A program made the translations under genes and the position numbers. A stretch of DNA of 64,000 bases, from NCBI RefSeq assembly GCF_006345805.1, contig NC_043002.1, positions 106,268,001 through 106,332,000 of the forward strand. The letters are read 5' to 3'. The notes beneath the pieces were generated by a model. That model was given only the letters and a program-made list of their open reading frames with translations, was not told where the DNA came from and made no database searches. The DNA is from Octopus sinensis. Taxonomy: Eukaryota. Positions 1-14,225 of the stretch are shown in pieces; within the stretch, counting starts at the first letter, position 1; every line of letters starts with the position of its first letter.

Positions 1-1094
1 TAGGAACCTAGGTAAAGCTGTCAAAATTCATGATGAGTCTAATGCATTGTTTGTACACACATATTGTTGTTTATTTGTATTGCCCAGATAATGTTTCAAC
101 ACCGGCTTACTTTCTTTTACTGTGTCGTCTGTGTGTTGTAATTGTTGTGGAGGTGTTTATCACCTTCTCTTGAAGTATATCTATGTTATACAGTGCAATG
201 GTTGGATATATCTAATGTCCTCTGGTGATGCTGATAAGAAAGGAAACTGGATGTGGCAGATGTTACTCCAAGTCTATTTATTAGGAGCCAGGTTCTCGAT
301 GTGATTGATACATATTTGGAAATGTTGTACGGCAGTTGTCAACAGAATGATTGGAGGATATGAATGTGATTTCATTCGCATACAGTGCTGTATGTATCTT
401 TCTAGATGTTAGAAGAGGGGTTTAGATTTAAGATAAAAGGCGTGGGTAAGAAGACGGATCCCTTACCTACTCCATCTGGCAAATCATAAATTCTGGAAGT
501 GTTGTTTTGTGTACTACATAACTAGCCAGGGACTTTGTGTTGTTTCTTAAAGACGAGTATTTTTGGTTATGTTAGATACAAATGCTTGCCAGATTTCTGT
601 TTATCCACGGGTTATTATTATTATTGTTGTTGTTGTGGTTGTTGTTATTGTTATTGTTGCTATCATTTCCCTGCTTAGTTGCTTGATGTTGAGTTTTATT
701 CCAGTTGCGTGTGGCGGATGGTGAATTGTGTTTGAAGTTTTCCTTAGTTTTTATCAGGTTGGTATTTTAGTTGTGTAATTAGGGGCTTACTTTGTTATTA
801 TTATTTTTATGTTTCCTTTTGAGATAAGTTTTTTTTCTCTCTCTTGGCTCCAACAATTATTTTGTTAAGTGTTAAGTTCTGTAGTATTTATGTTACAGTC
901 TTTACGATTATGTGATCGCCATCTTGGCTCGCCGGCTTTACCTGTTTTATTGGAGGATAATTAAGAATTTAAGTGGTCCTGTGTTGGAATTGGGAGCCAA
1001 TAAAGAATATTTTAGATTGTCTTTGAAACTAGTCGAATCAGCAGTCAAACCTCTACAGATCACGCCTAGAAAGGTAGATTATTGTCGTTATCAC

Positions 1095-1502
<408 letters not shown>

Positions 1503-1926
1503 AAACATGTGCATAAACTGTTATATATTAATGTTTTTCCCAGTAACGCAGTTTCTTTTTCGCATATGTATTTCCGTGTGTGTGTGTGTGTGTATAGATA
1601 TGTATGTATGCATATATGAATATATGTGTGCATGTATATGAGTGTGTGTATGTATGTATGTTTGTGCGTGCCTGTGTGTATGTATGTTTGTAAGTGTGTG
1701 TATTTGTGTACGCAGGCATGCATATGAATGTATGTTTTTGTGCATGTATGTATGTGTGTGTATGCTTATGTGCGTGTGTGACGTGTGTACTTTGGTGTAT
1801 GTATATATATGTGTGTGTGTGTGCGAGTGGACATTGGCTATTTGCGTATGTAACGTGTGTGTGTGTGTGTGAACGTGTGTGCATTGTGCTAATGTGCAAT
1901 GTATCTATCAATCAATCAATCAGCCA

Positions 1927-1980
<54 letters not shown>

Positions 1981-2019
1981 GTAGCTAGCTAGCTAGCTAT
2001 CTATCTATCTATCTATCTA

Positions 2020-2094
<75 letters not shown>

Positions 2095-2219
2095 GTCTAT
2101 CTATCTATCTGCCTGTCCGTCTGTCTGTTTATCTAGCTATATAAATATATGCATATACAAACACAAACACACACATACATATAGCCATACTTACATGCAT
2201 ACATACATACATACATACA

Positions 2220-2254
<35 letters not shown>

Positions 2255-2274
2255 GTGTGTATGTGTGTACATAT

Positions 2275-2311
<37 letters not shown>

Positions 2312-2344
2312 AATATATATACATATATACATATATATACATAA

Positions 2345-2399
<55 letters not shown>

Positions 2400-3679
2400 C
2401 TGTACGCGCAGTTGTTGCTGTTGCCGTGTCTGTTATCTTAGTTGTTAATGTTGTTTCTCGTTCGTCTTTCCGTTGCTATTATTAGTATTGTTGTTATTCT
2501 TGTTGTCACTGTTGATTTTTTTCTTCTTCTGTTATTGTAATCGTTATTGTTGTTGTCATTGTTGATGTTGCTGTTGTACTTCCAGCAGCTGCAGTCAGCA
2601 GAGCCAGAGCACACAAAATGCTACCACCAACAGAGCAGACACACGCACACACACACACACACACATACAATACTTTATGCCAAACTCACACACACACACT
2701 TTCACAAACACACACAACATACACCAACACAACCTCGCCATCACCACCACTACCACCATTACGACCACAGCCACCATCACCCCCACGGCCACTACCACCT
2801 CCATCAGGAGGTCATAGCAGTACTGTAGCCCCCGTTCCAAGCAATGTACTGTGGCTCCTACCAACTCAGTTTCCATGTGCCTCACAGGATACTTAGATCA
2901 CGGTGAGGAACTCATTTAAAAAAGTTATTTGGTGCCTCGGATTTTAGACCCGACTCTTGTTATATTCACGCGACCGAATGTGACCTTCATTTGTGTCAAG
3001 CAGCTCTAGTCTTCGAGATAATGCACTTAACCAAACTATGGAACTATCGCAATAGGGAAATTGATTCACTGTTCATCTCGAAGGAAAATTATTTCGTTTT
3101 TCTTTTTGCAACGATGATCACAAGTTGCTGGTGAAAGTGGGTCTATCAAAATATAGACGGAGAGAATGGTGGTTCTTCATAGATTCTTTCAAGAGGAACT
3201 TTAAAATGTGTGCTTCTTTACGATAGAGACAAATATGGATCAATTGCATTTGGCAACTCAACTAAGATGACTGAACTGTTGGAAACAACCGCCCTATCAC
3301 GATCACCAATGGTTAAGCTGTTTGGATCATAAGACAGTGATTTTTTACCCTGGATTAGCAGAGTATCCTTGCTTCATCTGTCTCTGAAATAGTAGATCTA
3401 GGTGTAATCACAAGGTGAGAAAACAATGACCTTCGAGAGAAAACATGGTCGTTGGAGAAAAGTATGTAATCACAGAACACTTGGTTGACAGAGATGGGGT
3501 TCTTTTACCAGAGGAAACTTGATTTAATGAAGCAGTTTTTGAAGAGTTTGAACTAAAAAGGCAACTGATTGGACTATATACGCAGGAAATGTCCAAAGAA
3601 ACTGAAGGCCGGTATTTTAGCTGAGTCACAAATCAAGAAACTCACAGAATGCCCACATTTCCAACATTCAATGAACAAT

Positions 3680-4311
3680 TATTTCTCTATTGCCCATAAG
3701 GGGCTAAACATAGAGGGAACAAACAAGGACAAACAAAAGGATTAAGTCCATTACATCGACCCCAGTGTGTAACTGGAACTTATTTAATCGAACCCGAAAG
3801 GATGAAAGGCAAAGTCGACATCTGCGGAATTTGAACTCAGAACGTAAAGACAGACGAAATACCGCTAAGTATTTCGCCCGGCGTGCTAACGTTTCTTATT
3901 TCTTTATTACCTACAAGGGGCTAAACATAGAGGGGACAAACAAGGAAAGACAAATGGATTAAGTCAATTACATCGACCCCAGTGCGTAACTGGTATTTAA
4001 TTTATCAATCCCGAAAGGATGAAAGACAAAGTCGACCTCGGTGGAATTTGAACTCAGAACGTAACGGCAGACGAAATACCTATTTCTTTACTACCCACAA
4101 GGAGATAAACACAGAGGGGACAAACAAGGACAGACACACGGATTAAGTCGATTACATCGACCCCCAGTGCGTAACTGGTACTTAATTTATCGACCTCGAA
4201 AGGATGAAAGGCAAAGTCGACCTCGGCGGAATTTGAACTCAGAACGTAACGGCAGACGAAATACGGCTACGCATTTCGCCCGGCGTGCTAACGTTTCTGC
4301 CAGCTCGCCGC
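3680..4311 (-). mobile_element. Trimeric SINE (family A) with 20-bp TSD
   Basis: One head (ggcgagctggcagaaacgttagc) and three tandem body units (gtcgactttgcctttcatcctttcggggtcgat core); TSD TCCAACATTCAATGAACAAT at 3660-3679 and 4312-4331. Confidence 0.9.
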
Positions 4312-5128
4312 TCCAACATTCAATGAACAATGCTGAGGCAGATGCATGGTTTTCACTCAGGTTGTAAGATATAAATAATCACGGACGCCATAAAACAGAC
4401 CTGCTCTGAACAAGTAGAGAGCATGCTGTTATCTTTCTGTCAACAAGGGTGTGATGCAAGCATCAAAATGCATTACCTTCATAGCCACTTGGGTCGTTTC
4501 CCAGATAACCTTCGTCTCCTATGTGATGAACGAGGTGATGATTCCTCTAAGATTTAAGAAATATGGTACAAAGATACCAGTGACACCGGGGCACCTATAT
4601 GAATGCAGATAACAGATGGGTCATTCACTATGGTTGTTATGGAGCAACTCACCACAGGAACTCTCTGCAATGTCACTTTCGTGAGAGATCTGAATAAATG
4701 TACATTGTATCAATGATAACTCTCTATGCTTATTTCACTGTTATCTGATTCTATGGATGTAATTTAATCATAAATAAGTTCTTCTATGAGACTTTTTTTT
4801 TTGGTTTCACCCAATAGGCAACAATAATGATTTGTTGTCCTCAGTTCTTGTACCCGATCAGTTGCATGCATAGCAATTACGAGTATAACATATCTCGATA
4901 CCCCGAGATGATAGACAAAAAAAAAACGGACGGCATATTTAAAATCAGCGATCGAAATTTACCTAAAAACAGGCCATATCTCAAGCACCAAATTCTGTGT
5001 CCCTCTTTGAAACTATTGGGTCACTAGACTGATGGGGCACACAGGGGACGCAAAACCCAATGATACCCTAAGACGAGACGATATCACATTTCACTACATG
5101 TCACACACACGCGCACACACACACACAC

Positions 5129-5166
<38 letters not shown>

Positions 5167-5256
5167 CACTACACAACGGATATAAAGCATACAATATATA
5201 CAGCTCCATAGCAGACATACCACTCTACTCTACACTCTTCATATCTCTCTATCTCT

Positions 5257-5413
5257 AGGCGTAGGAGTGGCTGTGTGATAAGTAGCTTGCTTACCAACCA
5301 CATGGTTCCGGGTTCAGTCCCACTGCGTGGCACCTTGGGCAAGTGTCTTCTACTCGGGACGACCAAAGCCTTGTGAGTGGATTTGGTAGACAGAAACTGA
5401 AAGAAGTTCGTCG

Positions 5414-5445
<32 letters not shown>

Positions 5446-5655
5446 CGTGTGTGTATATTTCTGTGTCTGTGTTTGTCCCCCCCAACATCGCTTGACAACC
5501 TATGCTGGTGTGTTCACGTCCCCGTAACTTAGCGGTTCGGCAAAAGAACCGATAGTTACAAAGAATAAGTCCTGGGGTCGATTTGCTCAACTAAAGGCGG
5601 TGTTCTAGCATGGCCACAGTCAAATGACTGAAACAAGTAAAAGAGTAAAAGAGTA
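5257..5655 (+). mobile_element. tRNA-derived SINE family B with internal TA/TG microsatellite and (AAAGAGT)n tail (other copies: 22131-22530, 22680-22905, 30597-30930, 34066-34310, 38160-38378, 46635-47092, 48620-48815)
   Basis: Head ggcgtaggagtggctgtgtg...ggttcagtccc, gcaccttgggcaagtg segment and a common tail; at least eight alignable copies. Confidence 0.9.
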
Positions 5656-6318
5656 AATAAAAGATACTCCGCCCCACACACACACACTGCAGTCCATACC
5701 ACAATCACCCTCTCCCCGCACACACACCCACCCACCAGCCATCACACTTCACAAACGCCACTACAACAAACTACGACACAGAACCGCTCCACACTGCCTT
5801 ACGCCCCTCCACCCACCCACCATCAGCCCCACCCCCACCACCACCCTGCACTACACCACTCCATACGACCACTCCATACAACACCACACCGTGCCATAAC
5901 AAACACGAAATCACCACGACACCCCTACACTGCCATACCACCCCCACCCCCTCCTATACCACCACAACATACCACTATAACTACCACCGCACCAATAATA
6001 TACGAGATAAACAGATGACCGTCTTGCCTCACCCAGCCCCAGTCCCACCCGACTCTCTCTCTCCAGTTCAGATCTGTTTAACACATGCTTCTATCAACTA
6101 ATTCACTGATTTATTTTACATCTGTCTTTCTGTCTTTCTCATCTCCCTTTATTATTTCACACTCTACCTACCTACCTACCTACCTACTAGCTACCTACCT
6201 ACCTACCTACCTACCTACCTACCTACATACCTACCTACCTACCTACATACCTACCTACCTACCTACCTACCTACCTACCTACCTACCTACCTACCTACTT
6301 CACTACATACCTACCTGC

Positions 6319-6405
<87 letters not shown>

Positions 6406-6482
6406 GGCACAGCCATGCGCGCGCGTAAAATTTCACATCGCTATCTACAAAACGGTGTATTGCAAGTGTGTATATACGTATG

Positions 6483-6516
<34 letters not shown>

Positions 6517-6760
6517 TGTATGTATGTATGTATGTATGTATGTATGTATGTATGTATGTATGTATTTATGTATGTATGTGTATGTATGTATGTATGTATG
6601 TATGCATGCATGTATGTATGCATGTATACATTTACGTATGTACGTATGTATATGCATATACAACTGAGTATTTAACAAACAGTATATATACAGTGTGATA
6701 AAGAAATCAAGACAGACAACTGACAGACAGACAAACAGATAGATATATATAGTAGTTCAG

Positions 6761-6802
<42 letters not shown>

Positions 6803-6804
6803 TA

Positions 6805-6877
<73 letters not shown>

Positions 6878-6894
6878 CAGATAGATAGACAGAC

Positions 6895-6960
<66 letters not shown>

Positions 6961-6964
6961 ACAA

Positions 6965-7001
<37 letters not shown>

Positions 7002-7228
7002 GAGGAGAGAGAGAGATAGATAGATAGATAGATAGATAGATGATAGATATACGTACATACATATATTACAAGAAGAAGTTAACAGAGATTTCGAAGTCAC
7101 AGTCAGCCAGTTCCTTGTAAAAATAAATATGATACTGTAATAATGAGAAATGTTTTGTGTGATCCTACAATTAATGTTTGCTTTTATGTATAAATATACA
7201 TAAAAGCAAAAACAAACATCAATACAGT

Positions 7229-7266
<38 letters not shown>

Positions 7267-8499
7267 CGTGTGTGTGTGTAGGCATATACATAGATTTACA
7301 TACACACATGCATACGTACATATATGTACACACATATGTATGTGTGTTTATCTATGAATGCGTTTGTGTGCGCGCACGAGTGTGTGTGTAGAGAGAGATA
7401 ATAGAAAAAAAAATTAGTCATATGTTATGAAGGTATCGCTTATTAGTGTTTTTATACACAATTAAAAAAGATTAAAAAAAGTCTTCGAATTTTCCGAGAA
7501 AAACTAGACAAAAGTGTTTAAGCAGTATTTTATTTCATCTCATTAGAAAAATTCGAAGACTTTATTTATAGATGTGTTTAAAGAAACTCAGAAACGACAC
7601 CATACCTTCATTTCTTGTAACTACTCTTTTTTATTATTATTGATATACTGCTCTGTATACCACCACCAACCATTTATTCGTAGATGCATGTGTGTGCGTA
7701 TATATATATATATATATATATATTTCAAGATTAATCAGCCGAAATTGCGAAGATGATCTGGTTCTTGACTGATGACTGAGAGCTTCGAAAGTCCCGTTTG
7801 TGTGTTTTTTTGCCGTCTTCAAAATGTTTCACGTTCTTGTCCCAGTTTGTGTTATTTTTAACGTTTATCTATATACATGGCGGCTACGTACCCTACCCTT
7901 TAACCCTATACTGTATATATATATATATGTCTTCTGCTAAAGCCTCAGAATTGTCGGCTTTGTAAAGTGAATTCTATAATTAAAGATGTGGTTTCATCTA
8001 TACGTCTTTAGTTGTCCAAAAATCTGAATTTCTCGAAATTCTAATGATATTTGGATTTTCTTTTCATAGACAAGGAATTACTTCGGATGAGTATTCTGTT
8101 TGCATTTATTGGTGACTGATTGTTGGACATAGTTAACCAAATTCTTTTAAAACTGAGTGTTTTATTGATATCTGCCTGGCTTTTTAATCGCTTTTGATCT
8201 TATCAATTATACATAGATGCATACATACATACATACATACATACATACTACATACATACATACATACATACATAATATATATATTTATATTTATATACAC
8301 GTATGTGTATGATTGTGTATAGAAGAATATATTATTCAAAGAAATTCCAACTTTGATTTTCACGTTTTATTTACAATCTTATAATAATATAATATAATAT
8401 AACGATTGAATTAGTACTTTCATGCATTAAACTATACAATCTTCAGGTTCATGTAGTAGTGGTGACAGTTATATTTTACAATTTACAACTCTCTCTCTC

Positions 8500-8546
<47 letters not shown>

Positions 8547-9045
8547 CAGTGTACATTTAAACACATTAATAGGTTTCTATCATAGGACTCCCTTACGCTA
8601 GAAAGAACAGCGAAAGTCCAAACCACTAATTAGAGATAATTTCCTAAAGGGAGACCATGGTTTCTGACTTATTTTAGCAAACAAAATAATTTGCTAGGCG
8701 AAGTCTTCGTCAACAGGTACGCCAAGATTAAACATATAAGCACGAGGCCAATCCAGCATGTCGCTTTGAAAAAATTAAAATGTATAAGCAAGAGGAACAT
8801 GCTGGATTGGCCTCGTGTTTATATGTTTAATCTTGGCGTACCTGTTGACGAAGGCTTCGTCTAGCAAATTATTTTGTTAGTTAAAATAAGTCAGAAACCA
8901 TGGTCCAGGAAATAGATGGTAAATGTTTTTATTTTTCATTCACTTCGAGAATATATCCCTAATTAGTGGTTTGGACTTTAGCTGTTCTTTCTAGCGTTAG
9001 GGATTCCTATGATAGAAACCTCTTAATGTGTTTAAATGTACACTG
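8547..9045. mobile_element. Foldback MITE, Tc1/mariner type
   Basis: TA|CAGTGTACATTTAAACACATT ... AATGTGTTTAAATGTACACTG|TA. Arms pair over about 210 bp around a spacer of about 36 bp, with a roughly 50-bp extra segment in the right arm. Confidence 0.9.
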
Positions 9046-9194
9046 TAGTTTATGCGAATAGTCTATTGACTAATTTTTCCATACGCTAGGCCACTGGTAG
9101 TGAAAAATTTCTAAAAGCTTTATTACCCTGATATTATTAATTATATATACATATATATATATTAATATGTATGTGTGCGTGCGTGCGTGTGTGT

Positions 9195-9246
<52 letters not shown>

Positions 9247-9474
9247 TGTGTCTGTGTGTGTGTGTTCGTGTATCCCTGTAGATCAACTGTTCGGCAAATG
9301 AGATCAACAGAATAAGTACCAGGCTTTTAAAAATTAAATACTCGGGAAGGATTCGTTGGACTAAAATTCTTCAGAGGTGGTGTCCCCATATAAAGGCAGT
9401 CTGGAGACTACAACGAACAAGAGAAAATGTATGTACACTCACACACACACAATACATATATGCATATATATATA

Positions 9475-9518
<44 letters not shown>

Positions 9519-9944
9519 GTATATATATGTATATATGTACATATATATACACATATATGTATGCATGTATGTATATATGTACATATATATACACATATAT
9601 GTATGCATGTATATATATATATATATAAATTCATATATATATATATATATATACTTTGATACTTTGATACTTTGATACTTTGATAGGTTTCGGCCATTAT
9701 TGGCCCAGGCCATGTCTAACTTAATAGCACCACCTGGTGAAGTCTTTCAAGTCAGAATTTGGGCACTATGGCCCACTCAAGTAGAGAGTTATTGTTTACA
9801 GAGACATATATATATATATATGTATGTATGTATATAAATATAAATATACATACATACACATATATATATATGTACACACACACACATACAAACGCATCTC
9901 GCTCTCTCTATGTGCGAGTGTGAGTGAGAGTATATGTATGCATG

Positions 9945-9976
<32 letters not shown>

Positions 9977-10030
9977 CATACATACATACATACATACATA
10001 CATACATACATACATACATACATACATACA

Positions 10031-10066
<36 letters not shown>

Positions 10067-10614
10067 TACATACACCGCACTATACACACAAATACAAATC
10101 GATCTAACTATTTAGAAGCGCAATCGTTTGTATGTCGGCTTGTCTGTCTGTCTGTCTATCCATACAGTCGTCGGTAAGTAAAGATTCGATGGTAACAGAA
10201 GGAAGGACTGTAGCTCGATGTGTTGACGTCACAGACCACCATCTACGCTGCCATGGCGTGGCGTGGGGCACCAAGTAAAGAACGGGGTGGTCGATAGATA
10301 ATATTGGTTACGGGTGGGTCACCTACCGAAGATATAATTAGTGGGCTGTCAGATGTTAAATTGAGGCCATCTATACGCTGTATATAAGCGTGTGTATGCG
10401 ATGTATACATACATACGTACATACATATATACATACATACATACTACATACATACATACATACATACATACATACATGTATATATGTATGTATGAATATA
10501 TATTAAAAGTTTCAAGCAAAGTGACTCAGCGTGTCCGGCGTTATAGTAGTTTTGTATATGCGTGTGTATGTGTGCGTGTGTGTATTCGTGTGGTAACACC
10601 ACACACACACACAC

Positions 10615-10658
<44 letters not shown>

Positions 10659-11159
10659 TATTGCATTATATATGTGTGTGTTTGTATGTAGGTGTGTGCG
10701 TGCGTGCGTGTCTATGCACGTGTGCGCGTGTCTATGTATGTGTGCATGTGTATAGATGTGTATGTTGGTGTGTGTATATAAATGTGTGTGGCTTAAACAT
10801 CGAACCATCCTACAAACTTTATGTTCGGTCAAAGCTCGTTAGAATACAAAGAGAAAACAAAAGGCACACACATATATACGCATGCACACATAGGTACTTT
10901 GGTTGTAGTGTGGTTGTAAGTGCTATTGCGTTGCACACACAAAAGTGAACTCAACAGCTCAACAAGAGTAAATAGTTTTTGATCAAAAATAATAATTCCG
11001 ACTTCCAGCATTCCGTTACATATTTCTCTTGCATATTTCTCAGAGGGCGGATGGTATATATCTCTCGGTCAATGTTTATCAGTGTGGTTTGATATAGTTT
11101 CACTTCGAGCTCGTCTTGCGAAAGAGATTTTGGCCCATGAACCAAGATAATATTCCCAA

Positions 11160-11480
11160 ATGACATATATAGGGATCATAGAAGGAAAATTCAAAATACG
11201 ATATTACAACCAGCCATCTAACTTCAGGAATATCGAAGGCGACACACAACTAAGCTTTCTAGCTATATCTAATCGCTGAAGTATTTAACCTTCGACTGCA
11301 GTGCCAAAATAAAAACAAAAAGTAAATACTTGAGAAATTCAAGTCATACAGGAATGACAGAAAAAAACGCCTGTTGGGTCGCCTGGAAGATTTAGCAGGC
11401 GAAGAGTTACTCCCCGGAATCTACCAATGATAGATGAACTGATATCAAGATTGCATCTTAATCCTTGTTAAATAGAGAGA
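11160..11480 (+). pseudogene. Penelope-like element GIY-YIG endonuclease remnant
   Basis: Translates YIGIIEGKFKIRYYNQ... at about 11166, matching the PLE YIGxTExxFKxRYxNH motif; stops and frameshifts downstream. Confidence 0.55.
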
Positions 11481-11994
11481 TATGCAACAGATATAATGTA
11501 TCAATCAACGAAGCCGTATTTAGTTTCTTCAGAGAATAACATATAAGCATTTTGTAAGTTATAAATAACCATACAAATGGAAACCCTTCAACGCATTATT
11601 CGCTTTGTTATTTGAAGACACCTCAACCATATTGCTAAGGATAACTGTATTCTCACCCCACCACTCTCTCACACCCCTTCTTCTCTCTCTGGTTTTCATT
11701 CTCTTCCTCCGAGGTCTCTCTCTCTCTCTCTCTCTCTCTGTATCTCACACACATATACTTCCTCTTATTTCTTCCGCCTTTACCTTCTCCTCTTCCAGCT
11801 CCTCCTCCTCCTTCGTCTTCTTCTTCTTCTTCTTCTTCTTCTTCTTCTTCTGATGATGATGATGAATGATGATGATGATGATGATGATGCTGATGATGAT
11901 GATGACGATGACGATGATGATGATGATGATGATGACGATGACGATGATGATGATGATGATATATACACACACACACACACACGCACATACACAT

Positions 11995-12033
<39 letters not shown>

Positions 12034-13009
12034 TGCATATATTATACATGTTTAGGTGTTCAACGGATATATCAGATTCGTGGTGCAAAGAGAGTGGGAA
12101 AAGTGAATTTATCCGTTCCTATGCACTCATTAGGCCACACTTGGGACAAACTGGATACTCTTTTTAAAAATGATGAATCCTCAAGTGAAACGCCTAACAC
12201 AGAGAACAGTTCCTGCGTTTGTAACCCCACGTGGAAGGCCCAATAAGGAAGGCAAAAACAAAGCAACCCTCAACAAGGATATTTAAGTTTACGGAGATGA
12301 AGAAATTGAAAAAAGAAAGAAAAATGAAAGCTTCTAAGAAAAGCAGTCTCAATGTCACCTCCCAAAACGGCAGAAAAGGCTGCACATCAAAAGAAAAAAC
12401 ATAGAAAGAAGCAGCAGAAAGAATAAAAAAAGAAAAACGGCACGTGAAGTGAGTACCATTTGCAAATTCCATTTAAAAGGTGTCTGCTGGCATGGTGAGA
12501 GGAGGTCGAATGAAACCCATAGCAAACAGCACTTTCTGCTTCACCAACAAGGCAAGACAAAACCTTGACCAGGGGAACTTGTACTTCAGTACAGACTCGC
12601 AGCGAAGGTCACTAAAAAGCTGCATGCAGATGCAGTGAGAGCTGCAACCATAGACCAGCAGAATTTCTAAGTGTGGCACAAAAATAGTGCTGCAGCTGAC
12701 ATGAATGCAAACTAAGTTAAGCCATACATACTCACACAAGAGACCGCCTCTAATAATAGACCCAGGTTTGCTATCATTGCAGCAAAGCGTAAATCACACC
12801 AATTCTTTTGATAAATATCACAGGCCTCCTACAAAACAACTGCAAGCACAAACTGCATACTTGAGGGAACTTTTTGCATGCAATCAAGCAATATTCACTG
12901 CGCTTAAGGTGAATATTGAGGCATAAATGATGCAGAGGTACACATATTTATGTATGCTGTATTCCATACAGATAGAAGAGAAAGAAATCATGTTGTCACA
13001 TTCAAACTC

Positions 13010-14225
13010 GCGAGTGAGCGAGTGAGTGAGTGAGTGAGTAAGCGAGTGAGTGAGTGAGTGAGTGAGCGAGTGAGCGAGTGAGTGAGTGAGTGAACGAGCG
13101 AGCGAGTGAGTGAGTGAGGGAACGAGCGAGTGAGTGAGTGAGTGAGCGAGTGAGTGAGTGAACGAGCGAGTGAGTGAGTGAGTGAGTAAGCGAGTGAGTG
13201 AGCGAGTGAGTGAGCGAGTGAGCGAGTGAGTGAGTGAGTGAGCGAGCGAGCGAGTAGCGAGCGAGCGAGTGAGTGAGTGAACGAGCGAGTGAGTAAGTGA
13301 GCGAGTGAGTGAGTGAACGAGCGAGTGAGTGAGTGAGCGAGCGAGTAAGTGAGTGAGCGAGTGAGTGAGTGAACGAGCGAGTGAGTGAACGAGCGAGTGA
13401 GTGAGTGAGTGAGCGAGCGAGTAAGTGAGTGAGCGAGTGAGTGAGTGAACGAGCGAGTGAGTGAGTGAGTTAGCGAGCGAGTAAGTGAGTGAGCGAGTGA
13501 GTGAGTGAACGAGCGAGTGAGTGAACGAGCGAGTGAGTGAGTGAGTGAGTGAGTGAGAAAGCGAGTGAGTGAGCGAGTGAGCGAGTGAGTGAGTGAGTGA
13601 GCGAGCGAGTGAGTGAGTGAGTGACCGAGCGAGTGAGTGAGTGAGCGAGCGAGTGAGTGAGTGAGTGAACGAGCGAGTGAGTGAGTGAGTGAGCGAGCGA
13701 GTAAGTGAGTGAGCGAGTGAGTGAGTGAACGAGCGAGTGAGTGAGTGAGTGAACGAGTGAGTGAGTGAACGAGCGAGTGAGTGAGTGAGCGAGCGAGTGA
13801 GTGAGTGAGTGAGTGAGTGAAGTGAGTGAGTGAGTGAGTGAGTGAGTGAGTGAACGAGCGAGTGAGTGAGTGAGTGAGCGAGTGAGTGAACGAGCGAGTG
13901 AGTGAACGAGCGAGTTGAGTGAACGAGCGAGTGAGTGAACGAGCGAGTGACTGAGCGAGTGACTGAGTGAGCGAGTGAGTGAGTGAGTGAACGAGCGAGT
14001 GAGTGAGTGAACGAGCGAGTGAGTGAGTGAGCGAGTGAGCGAGTGAACGAGCGAGTGAGTGAGCAAGCGAGTGAGTGAAAAGCGAGTGAGTGAATAAGTG
14101 AATAAGTGAATAAGTGAATGAGCGAGTGAGTGAGCGAGTGAGTGAGCGAGTGAGTGAGTGAGTGAGTGAGTGAGTGAGCAAGCGAGTGAGTGAATGAGTG
14201 AGTGAGTGCATGAGTGAGCGAGTTT
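13010..14225. repeat. 1.2-kb compound (GAGT/GAGC/GAAC)n tetranucleotide satellite with 60-bp higher-order units
   Basis: Direct inspection; successive 60-bp lines from 13321 to about 13510 repeat nearly exactly. Explains the THSL-repeat ORFs. Confidence 0.95.

Noticed and set aside
3680-4311. CRISPR-like or prokaryotic repeat array
   Set aside because: The units are about 200-bp SINE bodies, not short repeats with unique spacers; there are no cas genes and the context is eukaryotic.
7753-7790. Further HHR candidates (CTGATGA...GAAAGTC here; also about 16767-16795 and 36790-36812)
   Set aside because: Stem II or the core cannot be formed convincingly, so they were not counted.
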